The notes beneath the pieces were generated by a model. That model saw only the letters and a program-made list of their open reading frames with translations, made no database searches and was not told the DNA's origin. The translations under genes and the position numbers were made by a program. From contig JAAEQR010000195.1 of NCBI GenBank assembly GCA_024231215.1, positions 226,246 to 290,245 on the forward strand: DNA of 64,000 nt. The letters run 5' to 3'. This document shows, in pieces, positions 26,910 to 37,186 of this stretch; position 1 is the first letter of the stretch, and every line of letters begins with the position of its first letter. The DNA is from PVC group bacterium. Its GTDB lineage: Bacteria > Omnitrophota > Gorgyraeia > B26-G9.

Positions 26910-28190
26910 ATGCTAGAATATATTGAGATTAACAAAGACTTCGAAGAAGCCTTTGATTTAATAGAAAATTCAAATGAATGTGTGTTTGTCACCGGAAAAG
27001 CAGGAACCGGGAAATCCACATTTCTGAGATATTTAAAGAAAAATACCGGCAAAAACGCGGTTGTCTTAGCTCCTACCGGTTTGGCGGCAATTAATGTGCG
27101 TGGCCAGACGATTCATTCTTTTTTTAAATTCCCCCCTAAATTTATTGATAAACAAGATATTAAAAAACTACGACGCAAGAAGTTGTTTAAAAAAATCGAG
27201 ATGGTTATTATTGACGAAATTTCTATGGTTCGTGCGGACCTTATGGATGGGATTGATCATGCCTTGCGTCTTAACCGTGGTTTTGATGTGCCGTTTGGTG
27301 GAGCTCAGGTAGTAATGTTCGGAGATCTGTTCCAGCTTCCCCCGGTTATTCGGGGCAGAGAATTAAATGAATTTTTTGCCCAAAACTATGGGAGCGCTTA
27401 TTTTTTTAGTGCTAAGGTTTTTAGTGAAATATCTTTGCGTTATGTGGAGTTAAGTAAAATATATCGTCAAAGTGATAGTGAGTTTATAAATTTGTTGGAT
27501 AGGGTGAGGAATAAAAATTTACTGCCCCAGGATTTGAATTTTTTGAATCAACGTGTTGTAAGACAGAAAAATATTGATGATGAGGACGTTGCGATTACTT
27601 TGACAACTACAAACGCGATTGCGGCAAAAGTAAATGAGTATCATCTGAATAAATTAGAGGCTAATGAGTATCAATATCAGGCAGAGATTTCTGATAAATT
27701 CGGGGAATCGTTTTTTCCTACAGAGTTTGATTTGAAATTGAAAGTGGGTGCACAGGTAATGATGCTCATGAATGATCCGGAAAGACGCTGGGTAAACGGA
27801 AGTATCGGTGTGATTATGGAATTATCAGGTGATTTTATTAAAGTCCAGATAGACGAAGATATGTATGAGATTCCCCGTATGACTTGGCATAACATTAAAT
27901 ATCGTTTTGATAAAGAGCAGGATGCGGTTATTGAAGAAGTAGAAGGTACCTTTATGCAATACCCGATAAAGCTTGCCTGGGCAATAACCATCCATAAAAG
28001 TCAGGGTAAGACATTTGATCGGGTGGTTATTAATCTGGGGGCTGGGGCCTTTACCCACGGCCAGGTATATGTGGCTTTGAGTCGGTGTAGCTCATTAGAA
28101 GGGATATCACTTACCCGTCCGGTATGGCCCAGAGATGTTATTTTTGATAAGAAAATCTATGAATTTAGAGAAAGAGTTAAAAACTGCTAG
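26910..28190 (+). CDS. PIF1-like (RecD-like) AAA ATPase / DNA helicase
   Basis: Walker A GKAGTGKST and Walker B IIDEISMV, with PIF1 family conservation throughout. Confidence 0.8.
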   Translation: MLEYIEINKDFEEAFDLIENSNECVFVTGKAGTGKSTFLRYLKKNTGKNAVVLAPTGLAAINVRGQTIHSFFKFPPKFIDKQDIKKLRRKKLFKKIEMVIIDEISMVRADLMDGIDHALRLNRGFDVPFGGAQVVMFGDLFQLPPVIRGRELNEFFAQNYGSAYFFSAKVFSEISLRYVELSKIYRQSDSEFINLLDRVRNKNLLPQDLNFLNQRVVRQKNIDDEDVAITLTTTNAIAAKVNEYHLNKLEANEYQYQAEISDKFGESFFPTEFDLKLKVGAQVMMLMNDPERRWVNGSIGVIMELSGDFIKVQIDEDMYEIPRMTWHNIKYRFDKEQDAVIEEVEGTFMQYPIKLAWAITIHKSQGKTFDRVVINLGAGAFTHGQVYVALSRCSSLEGISLTRPVWPRDVIFDKKIYEFRERVKNC

Positions 28191-28286
28191 TTTCTATCCT
28201 GTTTGAGTGGTAAAACAACAGATTTTGTGATATACTTCTCATACCTTTTTCATATTATAAATTATTCTTTATGGGAGATGTGTTTA

Positions 28287-29342
28287 ATGCGTAATTTTAA
28301 AGTTTTTTGTTTAATTTCTGCAATACTGATTATCTTTAGCTCTAATGTTATCGCCTATAACCAGAGCAAATTCGCCCCTTCTGACGGAAAAACCATGGTA
28401 ATGATAGGACAGGATACCGGTAATATTAGTGATTTTGTCGGACAGGTTGGTCATACCCCTGCGGGGACAATGGCGTATACTTCAATCCAGAATTTAGAAG
28501 GTCTTTATAGCGCGAGCAATCACGGAGCAGGCTGGAACCATGCTCAGGGCCTTGCGGATACTTATATTAATAGCGTGATCCAGGTGGGGTTATATATGGT
28601 CGATGGCTTAGATGAGGTAAATGCCGGGACTTATGATAATAATATTCACAGTTTGGGATCATGGGCCAAAAGTGTAGACAGGCCTGTATATTTACGTATT
28701 GGTTATGAATTTGACGGAGATCATAATCACTATGATCCAGCTAAATACCAGCAGGCATATCGTCGCATTGTAGATACATTAAATGCAGATGGAGTAGATA
28801 ATATTGCTTATGTGTGGCATTCCCAGGCCATGAATGTTGATAAATCAATTGAAGATTGGTATCCGGGCGACGAATATGTTGATTGGTGTGGAGTTAGTTA
28901 TTTTAGGCAGGCAATGGGTTATTATAACGAGATGCTTGATTTTTCTGAACTGCATGATAAGCCAATAATGCTGGCTGAATCTACTCCGGTTAGATTGCAT
29001 ACGTATCAGGGACAAATGGTGTGGGATAATTTTTTTGCGCAATATTTTGAATTTATAGAAGAAAATGGAATTGAAGCATTATGCTATATTAATTGTGACT
29101 GGGATGCTATGCCGATGTGGATGGATTATGGATGGGGCGATTCACGCATTCAGGAAAGTGAATATTTAAAACAAAAGTGGCTAGCAGAGATGAGTAAAGA
29201 ACGTTATCTGCAAGCATCTAGTGACTTGTATTCTGAATTAGGGTATAATACTATACCAGAACCTTCTTCAGTGATGTTTTTAGGAAGTGGAATATTAATG
29301 TTATGGGGAATATTGAAGAACGGAAAAAGGGAGGTATTATGA
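28287..29342 (+). CDS. secreted glycoside hydrolase family 26-like protein with a PEP-CTERM sorting tail
   Basis: Signal peptide, the GH26-like WYPGDEYVDWCGVSYF, and a C-terminus IPEPSS + TM + KNGKRE that looks like PEP-CTERM. Confidence 0.65.
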   Translation: MRNFKVFCLISAILIIFSSNVIAYNQSKFAPSDGKTMVMIGQDTGNISDFVGQVGHTPAGTMAYTSIQNLEGLYSASNHGAGWNHAQGLADTYINSVIQVGLYMVDGLDEVNAGTYDNNIHSLGSWAKSVDRPVYLRIGYEFDGDHNHYDPAKYQQAYRRIVDTLNADGVDNIAYVWHSQAMNVDKSIEDWYPGDEYVDWCGVSYFRQAMGYYNEMLDFSELHDKPIMLAESTPVRLHTYQGQMVWDNFFAQYFEFIEENGIEALCYINCDWDAMPMWMDYGWGDSRIQESEYLKQKWLAEMSKERYLQASSDLYSELGYNTIPEPSSVMFLGSGILMLWGILKNGKREVL

Positions 29343-29896
29343 ATAAGAAAAAAATTGTTGTAGGATTGATGATTGTAGTGTTTAGTTGTGCTTTGGTTGG
29401 AAATAGTTTTGCTTTTGGGGGGATGAAAGGCAAGCATTATGATTTAAAAAAGAAACTTTCCAAAAAAATAAAGTGTATTCTTCAAATGGAAGAAAAACTC
29501 GAGCTTAATGAAAAGCAGGTTAATAAGATTAAAGCTTTGGAGCTTGAGGCTAAGAAAGAGATTATCAGAGCGGAAGCGGAAATTGAGATCCTGGGACTGG
29601 ATATTAAAACTAAATTGCATGAAGATAAAATAAATGTAAAAGAAGTTAACAAGCTTATTGATGAGAAATATGAATTTAAGAAAAAAAAGGCAAAGACTTT
29701 GGTTAACGGAATTGCAAAGCTTAAAGCTGTTTTAACCAAAGAGCAGACTCAAAAGCTAAAAGAATATTGGAAGGAATGTAAAAAACAGAAAAAATCCGGG
29801 ATGGCAGATTGTAAGCCTGGTTCAAGGATGTGGGATAGTGGTTACGGACAGATGATGAAAGACAAAATGTGTCCGCCGCTGAATGCCGGCAAATAA
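29339..29896 (+). CDS. periplasmic LTxxQ-motif protein (Spy/CpxP-like)
   Basis: Signal peptide, coiled-coil, and LNEKQ / LTKEQ motifs. The start overlaps the upstream stop (ATGA). Confidence 0.55.
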   Translation: MNKKKIVVGLMIVVFSCALVGNSFAFGGMKGKHYDLKKKLSKKIKCILQMEEKLELNEKQVNKIKALELEAKKEIIRAEAEIEILGLDIKTKLHEDKINVKEVNKLIDEKYEFKKKKAKTLVNGIAKLKAVLTKEQTQKLKEYWKECKKQKKSGMADCKPGSRMWDSGYGQMMKDKMCPPLNAGK

Positions 29897-29905
29897 AAGT
29901 TATTA

Positions 29906-29953
29906 ATAAAAACCCCTTTGTGGTAATTGTATGCCGCAAGGGGGTTTTTTATT
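29906..29953. terminator. bidirectional stem-loop terminator between convergent genes
   Basis: AAAACCCCTTTG...CAAGGGGGTTTTTT. Confidence 0.6.
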
Positions 29954-31010
29954 GGGTTTCGCGTAGCATTGCCAATTTTTCCGCTAATAATTCACCTGTT
30001 GTATGGTGGCCGCTGATAGTTAGATGAATACCGTCTTCATACCAGAGTTGTAGTTTGTCGGTACGAATGTCAGGGATGTTATTATTTAGATCCCAAAAGC
30101 TGATTTTGTTTTTCATGAGAAGTTTGTGCAGATTTTCAATATCATATTCTCTGCGAAACGGTAAAATCATAAATTTTACTAGAAAGTTATTCTCTTCTGA
30201 TAATTCCCGGATGTTTTGCAGGGTGCCTTCGAAATCACAGGAAAATAAAAAATTAGGTAAATCGTTTAAATTTTTCATTTTATGTTTAGTCTTAAAGGTG
30301 AATAGAGATAACGCTCTGTAGGTACTACTATTTAGAAGTAAATATCTGTCCCATTGATAGGGGATGGGAATATTGCGTGGCAGAGATAAGGTTAGATAGT
30401 GTATTTCGGACAGGTTTTTAAAAAAAAGATCATTGTCTATTATTGCTCCATTTGCTAATGCCTTTTTTTGTATTATATTATCCGGGTTATATTGAATTGG
30501 TGATGAGTGCAGATCATTGATACAGAATGCAAAGATGACCATGTTCGGAGATAGTTTTGAAAACTTATGTTTGAAGGCTATTAATTCCTGACGGGTATTA
30601 TAACCGTTTACTCCGGCATTTAATATTTCTACGGAAAGTCCTTGTTCTCTTAGACGGGCTTCGGCTATTTCAGTGAATAGCTGTTGAGGATTAAGATCTT
30701 TTCCTCCGAAAGTCACAGAATCGCCTAAGACAAGTATGCGGTATTTATCTTTTGGTGTTGAGGGCTCATTGTCTCTCATTCCCCAAGAGTTTATATTATA
30801 ATGCTCGTTTGTAAAATTTGGTTTCATTTCATAGAATAGGCCTGTGGTTTCAGAACGCTGGTGCATGGAAGAACTATTTAATTGCAGGTATATTTCTGTT
30901 TTAAGTGGAGGAAGTCGTTCGAAAAATTTAGCATAGACAACGTCAAATAGAAATATGAGTGAAAATATAAAAAATATATAAGCAAGGATTTGTATTTTTT
31001 TTGCAGGCAT
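29949..31010 (-). CDS. SGNH/GDSL-family hydrolase with an N-terminal membrane anchor
   Basis: The GDSV motif (ILVLGDSVTFGG) with a downstream DGIH block. Confidence 0.7.
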   Translation of the reverse strand: MPAKKIQILAYIFFIFSLIFLFDVVYAKFFERLPPLKTEIYLQLNSSSMHQRSETTGLFYEMKPNFTNEHYNINSWGMRDNEPSTPKDKYRILVLGDSVTFGGKDLNPQQLFTEIAEARLREQGLSVEILNAGVNGYNTRQELIAFKHKFSKLSPNMVIFAFCINDLHSSPIQYNPDNIIQKKALANGAIIDNDLFFKNLSEIHYLTLSLPRNIPIPYQWDRYLLLNSSTYRALSLFTFKTKHKMKNLNDLPNFLFSCDFEGTLQNIRELSEENNFLVKFMILPFRREYDIENLHKLLMKNKISFWDLNNNIPDIRTDKLQLWYEDGIHLTISGHHTTGELLAEKLAMLRETQ

Positions 31011-31048
31011 TATTTTTTATTATATAATTATATAGAAAGGGTGTAATA

Positions 31049-31957
31049 TTATCCGTAGCCGAATTGTTTAGAAAAAGAGCGGGTTCGGTTTTCCCCTTCT
31101 GTCTTGGCTTTCTTGAGCGCCGCTTGTGTTTGCGCGACCAGGTCATTTTTATCAACTGTATCCTTGCCGAAAGCGCTTACTCCGCAGCTTATAGTTACTT
31201 GCATAGTGCATATTTGTTTTCCGATTTCTGAGGTTGCCCAAATCTGACGCACTCTATCGGTTGAGAAAAAGGCATCTCTTAAATCTGCTTCCGGGAATAA
31301 TACTCCGAATTGATCCTGACCAAAACGGCATACTTCATCTACGGTTCTGATGTTTGCCTGGACTGTTTCAGCGATCTTTTTTAATAGGCAATTTCCGGTT
31401 TGATGACCAAACATGTTTGTGACCATTTCAAATTTATCTACGTCAATTATCGCAAAGCTTAAATTGCGGTTATATCTTTTACTGCGTGCGCATTCTTTTT
31501 GTAGTCGGTGTTGAAAATATTCCTGATTAAATGCTTTAGTAACATTATCATGGAAAGGGTGGTTGAGTACTTCGTCGAGTTTTTCTTTGCGTTTTAACAG
31601 GTTTTTAATCCTCATAAGTAATTCACGGTTATTGGTTCCTTTGGGCAGGAAGTCTGCGGCTCCCATTTCCAGCCCGAGAAGTTTATCATCTATGGTTCTA
31701 ATGATGCTGTAGAAAAGCACGGGTAGGCTCAAGAATCGTTTATCTTTACGGATGCGTTTGCATACTTCAAACCCGTCAGTATCCGGGAGTAAGATATCCA
31801 GAATAACCAGATCCGGCACTTCTTCACTGAGCAGTTCAAATGTTTCTTTTCCCGTTGCGGTATGCTTAACCTCATAGTTGTTCTCTTCCAGGACTATTTT
31901 TAGTTTCTGGAAATCATCTAAATTGTCTTCAACTATTAAAATCTTGTGTTTTTTCAT
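31049..31957 (-). CDS. response regulator receiver fused to a degenerate GGDEF domain (GQDQF in place of GG[DE]EF)
   Basis: N-terminal receiver (ILIVEDN .. DLVILDILLPD). In the GGDEF domain the signature reads RFGQDQF, and an RxxD I-site-like RTVD lies upstream. The start was chosen at MKKHKIL. Confidence 0.8.
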   Translation of the reverse strand: MKKHKILIVEDNLDDFQKLKIVLEENNYEVKHTATGKETFELLSEEVPDLVILDILLPDTDGFEVCKRIRKDKRFLSLPVLFYSIIRTIDDKLLGLEMGAADFLPKGTNNRELLMRIKNLLKRKEKLDEVLNHPFHDNVTKAFNQEYFQHRLQKECARSKRYNRNLSFAIIDVDKFEMVTNMFGHQTGNCLLKKIAETVQANIRTVDEVCRFGQDQFGVLFPEADLRDAFFSTDRVRQIWATSEIGKQICTMQVTISCGVSAFGKDTVDKNDLVAQTQAALKKAKTEGENRTRSFSKQFGYG

Positions 31958-32107
31958 AATTATATATATAAGCCTCCTAATACAAATATACCTGAAAATC
32001 GACAAATATACAAATGATATATAGTATATAAACTATTCCTTGCGTTGCAGATCTGCTTGTAATATGCTAAAATATGAATTTAACAAGGCTTATTTGAAAG
32101 GGTAAAT

Positions 32108-33799
32108 ATGACTACAGAGGGTGTTTCATCTAACTTTATTCGTGATATTATTGATCAGGATTTGCAGGCTAATAAGAATGCAGGGCTGGTACATACACGT
32201 TTTCCGCCGGAACCTAATGGTTATCTACATGTCGGACATGCTAAATCTATATGTCTTAATTTCGGTATAGCCTTTGATTATAATGGGTTATGCAACTTAA
32301 GATTTGACGATACTAACCCAACCAAAGAAGATACAGAATATGTGGATTCAATAAAGGAAGATGTGAAATGGCTTGGATTTGACTGGGATGACCGGTTGTT
32401 TTACGCATCTGACTATTTTGAACAATTATATAAATATGCGATTCAATTAGTTGAAAAAGGCAAGGCCTATGTTTGTGACTTAACCCCGGAGCAAATGAGA
32501 GAATATCGGGGTACTCTTACTGAACCGGGCCGGGAAAGCCCCGGTCGGGAGCGTTCTGTGGAGGACAATCTGGACTTGTTCAAGCGTATGCGGGCCGGGG
32601 AGTTTGAAGACGGCACGCGTGTTCTTAGGGCTAAGATTGATATGGCCTCACCAAATTTAAATATGCGGGATCCGATAATATACAGAATTCTCAGGGTCGA
32701 GCATCATCGTACAGGTAATAAATGGTGTATTTATCCTATGTATGATTTTGCGCACGGGCTTTCTGATTCTATGGAAGGAATTACACACTCTATTTGTACA
32801 TTAGAATTTGAAAACCATCGCCCATTGTATGATTGGTTTTTAGATGCCTTGGATATTCATCATCCACAGCAGATAGAGTTTGCCAGACTTAGTTTGAATT
32901 ATACGATAATGAGTAAACGCAAATTATTGAAATTGGTAGAAGATGGGCTGGTTAATGGCTGGGATGATCCGCGTATGCCTACATTATGCGGTTTGCGCCG
33001 GCGTGGATATACCCCGGAATCAATCCGGAATTTCTGTAAAATGATCGGGGTGGCTAAAGTTAATAGTAAAATTGATATTGCTGTACTTGAAAAAAGTATT
33101 CGAGATGATTTGAATAAACGTGCGTCGCGGGTTATGGCGGTTTTGCGACCTCTTAAAGTAGTTATTGAAAATTATCCGGAGGATCAGACAGAAGAATTAG
33201 AGGCGATTAATAATCCTGAAGATGATTCCATGGGTACACGTAAAGTTCCTTTTTCACGTGAATTATATATAGAACGTGATGATTTTATGGAAGATCCGCC
33301 TAAGAAATTTTTTCGGTTAGCCCCGGGACGTGAGGTGCGGTTAAGGTATGCATATTTTATTACTTGTAAAGAAGTTATTAGGGATGAAAATACGGGAGAG
33401 ATAGTTGAGTTACGCTGCGTATATGATCCCCAGACTAAAGGTGGAGATTCTCCGGATGGACGCAAGGTAAAAGCAACGCTGCATTGGGTTGCTGCAGCAC
33501 AGGCGATTAAAACTGAGGTGCGGTTGTATAATCATTTATTTATAAAAGAAAATCCTGAGGATACAGAGGCAGATGCGGATTTCACTTCAAATTTAAATCC
33601 TGAATCATTGGAAACATTAAATTCGTGTTGGATTGAGCCGAGTGTTGCAGGGGCTATTGAAGGTACCCGTTATCAGTTTGAGCGTTTAGGATATTTTTGT
33701 ATTGATCCTGATAGCAGTGCTCAAAAAATGGTATTTAATCGTATTGCCTCTTTGCGTGATACCTGGGCAAAAGTAAAAAAGAAAGAAGAAAAAAGATAG
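32108..33799 (+). CDS. glnS: glutaminyl-tRNA synthetase
   Basis: [16 protein letters not shown] is the HIGH region and IMSKRK the KMSKS region. Its length and the anticodon-binding beta-barrel region fit GlnRS. Confidence 0.9.
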   Translation: MTTEGVSSNFIRDIIDQDLQANKNAGLVHTRFPPEPNGYLHVGHAKSICLNFGIAFDYNGLCNLRFDDTNPTKEDTEYVDSIKEDVKWLGFDWDDRLFYASDYFEQLYKYAIQLVEKGKAYVCDLTPEQMREYRGTLTEPGRESPGRERSVEDNLDLFKRMRAGEFEDGTRVLRAKIDMASPNLNMRDPIIYRILRVEHHRTGNKWCIYPMYDFAHGLSDSMEGITHSICTLEFENHRPLYDWFLDALDIHHPQQIEFARLSLNYTIMSKRKLLKLVEDGLVNGWDDPRMPTLCGLRRRGYTPESIRNFCKMIGVAKVNSKIDIAVLEKSIRDDLNKRASRVMAVLRPLKVVIENYPEDQTEELEAINNPEDDSMGTRKVPFSRELYIERDDFMEDPPKKFFRLAPGREVRLRYAYFITCKEVIRDENTGEIVELRCVYDPQTKGGDSPDGRKVKATLHWVAAAQAIKTEVRLYNHLFIKENPEDTEADADFTSNLNPESLETLNSCWIEPSVAGAIEGTRYQFERLGYFCIDPDSSAQKMVFNRIASLRDTWAKVKKKEEKR

Positions 33800-33803
33800 A
33801 GCT

Positions 33804-34634
33804 ATGAAGAGATGGAATAGTATTTCTTTATTATTAATAGTATTGTTGTTGATTAACGGATGTGATAACAACCCGTTTGCCCGGGAGCGGTATCAGGTAA
33901 TAAAGGGGGTAGACGGAGCACTTTACCGGTTAGATAAAAAAACCGGGGAAATAAAAATAGTAAAAGTTAGCAACTATATAGAGGAAGAGCCGGAAATAGA
34001 TCCTAGTCTTAATGGAGCAGAGATTGAGGATACTGAGTTGGAGATTCCTAAGGATTGGGGAGAGCATCAGGTTCGTGGAAAGAATCTACGAATAAAATTA
34101 ATAACCTATTGGAAGTTAGGAAAGCTGCATTATGAATTTGAAGTTTATCCTTTTTCATCTTTAAAGAGGATGTTCCAGAGAAAGGAAAATGACGCATATT
34201 ATAGACTTAGGAAGCATGGTTTTTTGTTGAAGCTTGTCGATGAAAACAATTTTGTAATTTCTGAAATATTTGTAAACTTAAATGATATGAAGAAAGTTCC
34301 TGATCTAAAAGGCAAAACAAATAGTTTGTTTTTGAAGTCAAGTCTTGAGCTTGGAATGCGTGAATACAGACAGATTGAAAATTATAACTTTGACACAAAT
34401 CTGGATTGGATAGTGATTCCTAATTATAAGTTTCCGGATAAAGTTAAAGATTTGATACAGACTTATAATTGTTATGGAGAGGTTGATCCTAAGGTAGATA
34501 AAGATGCTCCTGTGGGCTCAAAATACTGGTGGATAACTTATCCTGAACGTAATAAAGTGTACTTTTCATCGGAAGAGGAACTTCTGAGAAGCTACGAAAA
34601 AACCATTCTGAATATCCTAGAAACAAATAAATAG
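33804..34634 (+). CDS. hypothetical lipoprotein
   Basis: Signal peptide with lipobox LINGC. Confidence 0.55.
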   Translation: MKRWNSISLLLIVLLLINGCDNNPFARERYQVIKGVDGALYRLDKKTGEIKIVKVSNYIEEEPEIDPSLNGAEIEDTELEIPKDWGEHQVRGKNLRIKLITYWKLGKLHYEFEVYPFSSLKRMFQRKENDAYYRLRKHGFLLKLVDENNFVISEIFVNLNDMKKVPDLKGKTNSLFLKSSLELGMREYRQIENYNFDTNLDWIVIPNYKFPDKVKDLIQTYNCYGEVDPKVDKDAPVGSKYWWITYPERNKVYFSSEEELLRSYEKTILNILETNK

Positions 34635-34753
34635 AGGCTCGCTAGGCGAGCGCCGAAGGGGACCTGGCGGAAGTATCAAATCAAGAAAATAATATAAAAA
34701 TCTATTGACATAATGATACTTGAATGGTATCATTACTATGAAAGGGAGGTGGA

Positions 34754-35053
34754 GTGATGAAGATTTTTTTTATAGCGGTTTTGGTGATGGCATTACTTAT
34801 TGGCGGAGCAATGGGTCCAATTTCTTATGCGCAGTGTGGCGGAGGTAAGTCAATGTGCGTCAGTGAGGGGGGCATGGCAAAAGGACCGATTAATGATGAA
34901 TGTCCGGTTATGGAAGGAAAAGTAAAGCAGGACACACAATACACAGCAGAGTATAATGGAAAAATAGTTGGGTTTTGTTGTGCGGATTGTGTGAAAACAT
35001 TTAACACAAACCCGGAAAAGTATTATAATAGTATACCGCAAGTGGAAAAGTAA
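34754..35053 (+). CDS. secreted YHS/TRASH-type metal-binding domain protein
   Basis: Signal peptide, then CPVMEGKV....YNGKIVGFCCADCVKTFNTNPEKY, a YHS-domain pattern. Confidence 0.6.
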   Translation: MMKIFFIAVLVMALLIGGAMGPISYAQCGGGKSMCVSEGGMAKGPINDECPVMEGKVKQDTQYTAEYNGKIVGFCCADCVKTFNTNPEKYYNSIPQVEK

Positions 35054-35158
35054 CATTTAACAGGGGATATCCGCCAAAAAGCACGGCGGATTAAATTCAG
35101 CCAGATCATTTATGTACGCTTTGCTTCATAAATGATGGCTTCATTTAAGGAGGCGAAT

Positions 35159-35233
35159 ATGTGGACTTTTAGATTCATGCTGCGTCCAGTGACGCATTGT
35201 AAAGAAGGTTGTAGTATGTGCCCGGCTATGTAA
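35159..35233 (+). CDS. candidate 24-aa Cys-rich small protein (MWTFRFMLRPVTHCKEGCSMCPAM)
   Basis: A strong RBS, TAAGGAGG, lies 6 nt upstream of the ATG, and a strong terminator sits just downstream. It is absent from the ORF track because it is shorter than 60 aa. Confidence 0.3.
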   Translation: MWTFRFMLRPVTHCKEGCSMCPAM

Positions 35234-35247
35234 TAGTCGGGCTATGC

Positions 35248-35281
35248 AAGGGGGCAGTTTATGCTGCCCCCTTGTTTTTTT
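35248..35281 (+). terminator. rho-independent terminator
   Basis: GGGGGCAG-TTTATG-CTGCCCCC followed by TTGTTTTTTT. Confidence 0.75.
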
Positions 35282-35343
35282 CTTCAAAGTGTAGTAAATT
35301 GGTCTAGGCTTAAACAGCGTAAAATAAAGGCCAAGGAGTGATT

Positions 35344-36531
35344 ATGCAAAAACAAATAGTTTATCTCGATAATAACGCAACTACGCCGCTTCATCCGGAA
35401 GTGTGTAAAGCGCTGAATGAGGCGATGGAATTCTATGGCAATCCATCCAGTTTACATGCTTTGGGTAGAATGGCACGACAGAGAGTTGAGCAGGCCAGAG
35501 AAAATATCGCTGCGTTTATCGGGGCGGATAAAGATGAAGTTATATTTGTCGGCAGCGGTTCTGAGGCCAACAATACGGTATTATCTATATTTACTTGTCC
35601 TTCACGGAATTGTGCCTGTGCGCCGAATAAACATATAGGGATTATAACTACAACTATAGAGCATCCTTGTGTTATGGAAACTTCAAGATGTTTGTCAGAC
35701 CGTGGATTAGGAGTTTCATATCTTGATGTTGATAAGGATGGAAAAGTTGATGTTAATCAATTAGAAGAGCAGCTTGCTAAAAAGGCTGGATTGGTATCGA
35801 TCATGATGGCTAACAATGAGATTGGCACTGTGCAGGATATTAAAAAGCTTGCGGAAATTGTGCATAAACATGGAGCATTATTTCATACAGATGCAGTTCA
35901 GGCAGTTGGTAAGTTCCCGATAAATGTGCGAGAATTGGGAGTTGATTTTTTGACTCTTTCCGGGCATAAAATATATGGTCCTAAAGGTATTGGGGCATTG
36001 TATGTTAAAAAGGGCGTGCACTTTTGTCCTCTAATCAGGGGCGGTCATCAGGAGTACGGCCGTAGGGCTGGTACGGAAAATACTTTGGGAATCATTGGCT
36101 TAGAAAAGGCCATTCAAATGCGTGCTCAGGAAATGGAGCAGGAAGAAAAGCGTTTGTTTGAGTTCAAAGCTATTTTGAAAAAAGGTATTGAGGAGCAAAT
36201 CCCGGACATTAGATTTAACGGGCATCCTGAAGATTGCTTAGCGGGAACTCTAAATGTATCTTTTAACGGGGCTGAAGGCGAAGCTATTTTATTGTATTTA
36301 GATTTAGAGGGGGTTGCAGTCTCGACAGGATCTGCATGTGCGTCTGGTTCGCTTGATCCGTCACATGTATTGTTAGCAACCGGACTTGACGCAGAGAGAG
36401 CTCATGGGTCTATTAGAATTAGTATGGGGCGTCAGACGACAAAAGAAGAAATTGATTATTTATTAGAAGTGCTGCCGAGAGTTATAAAGAAAATAAGAGA
36501 AATGTCTACAGCTTACAATAAGGTTAAATAA
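35344..36531 (+). CDS. nifS: cysteine desulfurase (NifS/IscS type)
   Basis: Class V aminotransferase fold with the PLP lysine in SGHKIYGPKG and the active-site Cys loop STGSACASGS. An RBS, AAGGAG, precedes it. Confidence 0.9.
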   Translation: MQKQIVYLDNNATTPLHPEVCKALNEAMEFYGNPSSLHALGRMARQRVEQARENIAAFIGADKDEVIFVGSGSEANNTVLSIFTCPSRNCACAPNKHIGIITTTIEHPCVMETSRCLSDRGLGVSYLDVDKDGKVDVNQLEEQLAKKAGLVSIMMANNEIGTVQDIKKLAEIVHKHGALFHTDAVQAVGKFPINVRELGVDFLTLSGHKIYGPKGIGALYVKKGVHFCPLIRGGHQEYGRRAGTENTLGIIGLEKAIQMRAQEMEQEEKRLFEFKAILKKGIEEQIPDIRFNGHPEDCLAGTLNVSFNGAEGEAILLYLDLEGVAVSTGSACASGSLDPSHVLLATGLDAERAHGSIRISMGRQTTKEEIDYLLEVLPRVIKKIREMSTAYNKVK

Positions 36532-37127
36532 TGGATTGGGCATATACAGATAAAGTTAAAGAGCATTTTACAGATCCGCATAATATCTTACGTGACGGAG
36601 AAGATTTTCCTTCAGATGGCAAGGGCAAAGTAGGCAATGTCAAATGCGGGGATGAGATGATGTTCCTTATCCAGGTGGATAAAGAAAAGAAAACAATCAA
36701 AGACTGTCGCTGGAAGACTTATGGTTGTGCTAGTGCGATTGCCAGTACTTCGATGCTCTCTGATATGATTAAAGGCATGGAACTGGAAAAGGCTTATCAG
36801 ATAACACCGAAGGAGATTATGCAGCAATTAGGAGGTCTTCCGGAGCATAAGGTGCATTGCTCAGTGCTGGGAGATAAAGCCTTGCGTGCGGCGATTGATG
36901 ATTATTATCAGAACAGCGGGCAGGAAGATAAAATAGAAAAAGAAGAGGCAAAGATCATTTGCCAATGTATGAATGTTACCGATCATGAAATAGAGCATGC
37001 GGTTTTAGAAGGCGCGCGTACATATTATGAGCTCCAGGAAAGAACCAAGCTGGGGACTGTGTGCGGCCAATGCAAAGATGATGCCGAGCGCCTGCTCTCC
37101 GAATATATCCAAAAACACTATTCTTAA
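36531..37127 (+). CDS. nifU: NifU-like Fe-S cluster scaffold (IscU-type N-domain plus C-terminal BFD-like [2Fe-2S] domain)
   Basis: Scaffold cysteines in GKVGNVKCGD ... YGCASAIAS, and C-terminal CQC...CGQC. Confidence 0.85.
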   Translation: MDWAYTDKVKEHFTDPHNILRDGEDFPSDGKGKVGNVKCGDEMMFLIQVDKEKKTIKDCRWKTYGCASAIASTSMLSDMIKGMELEKAYQITPKEIMQQLGGLPEHKVHCSVLGDKALRAAIDDYYQNSGQEDKIEKEEAKIICQCMNVTDHEIEHAVLEGARTYYELQERTKLGTVCGQCKDDAERLLSEYIQKHYS

Positions 37128-37186
37128 ATAAATCAAAATTTAAATTTATTACTCAAAATATTTATTTGCAAGTAAATCTTTTCGAA

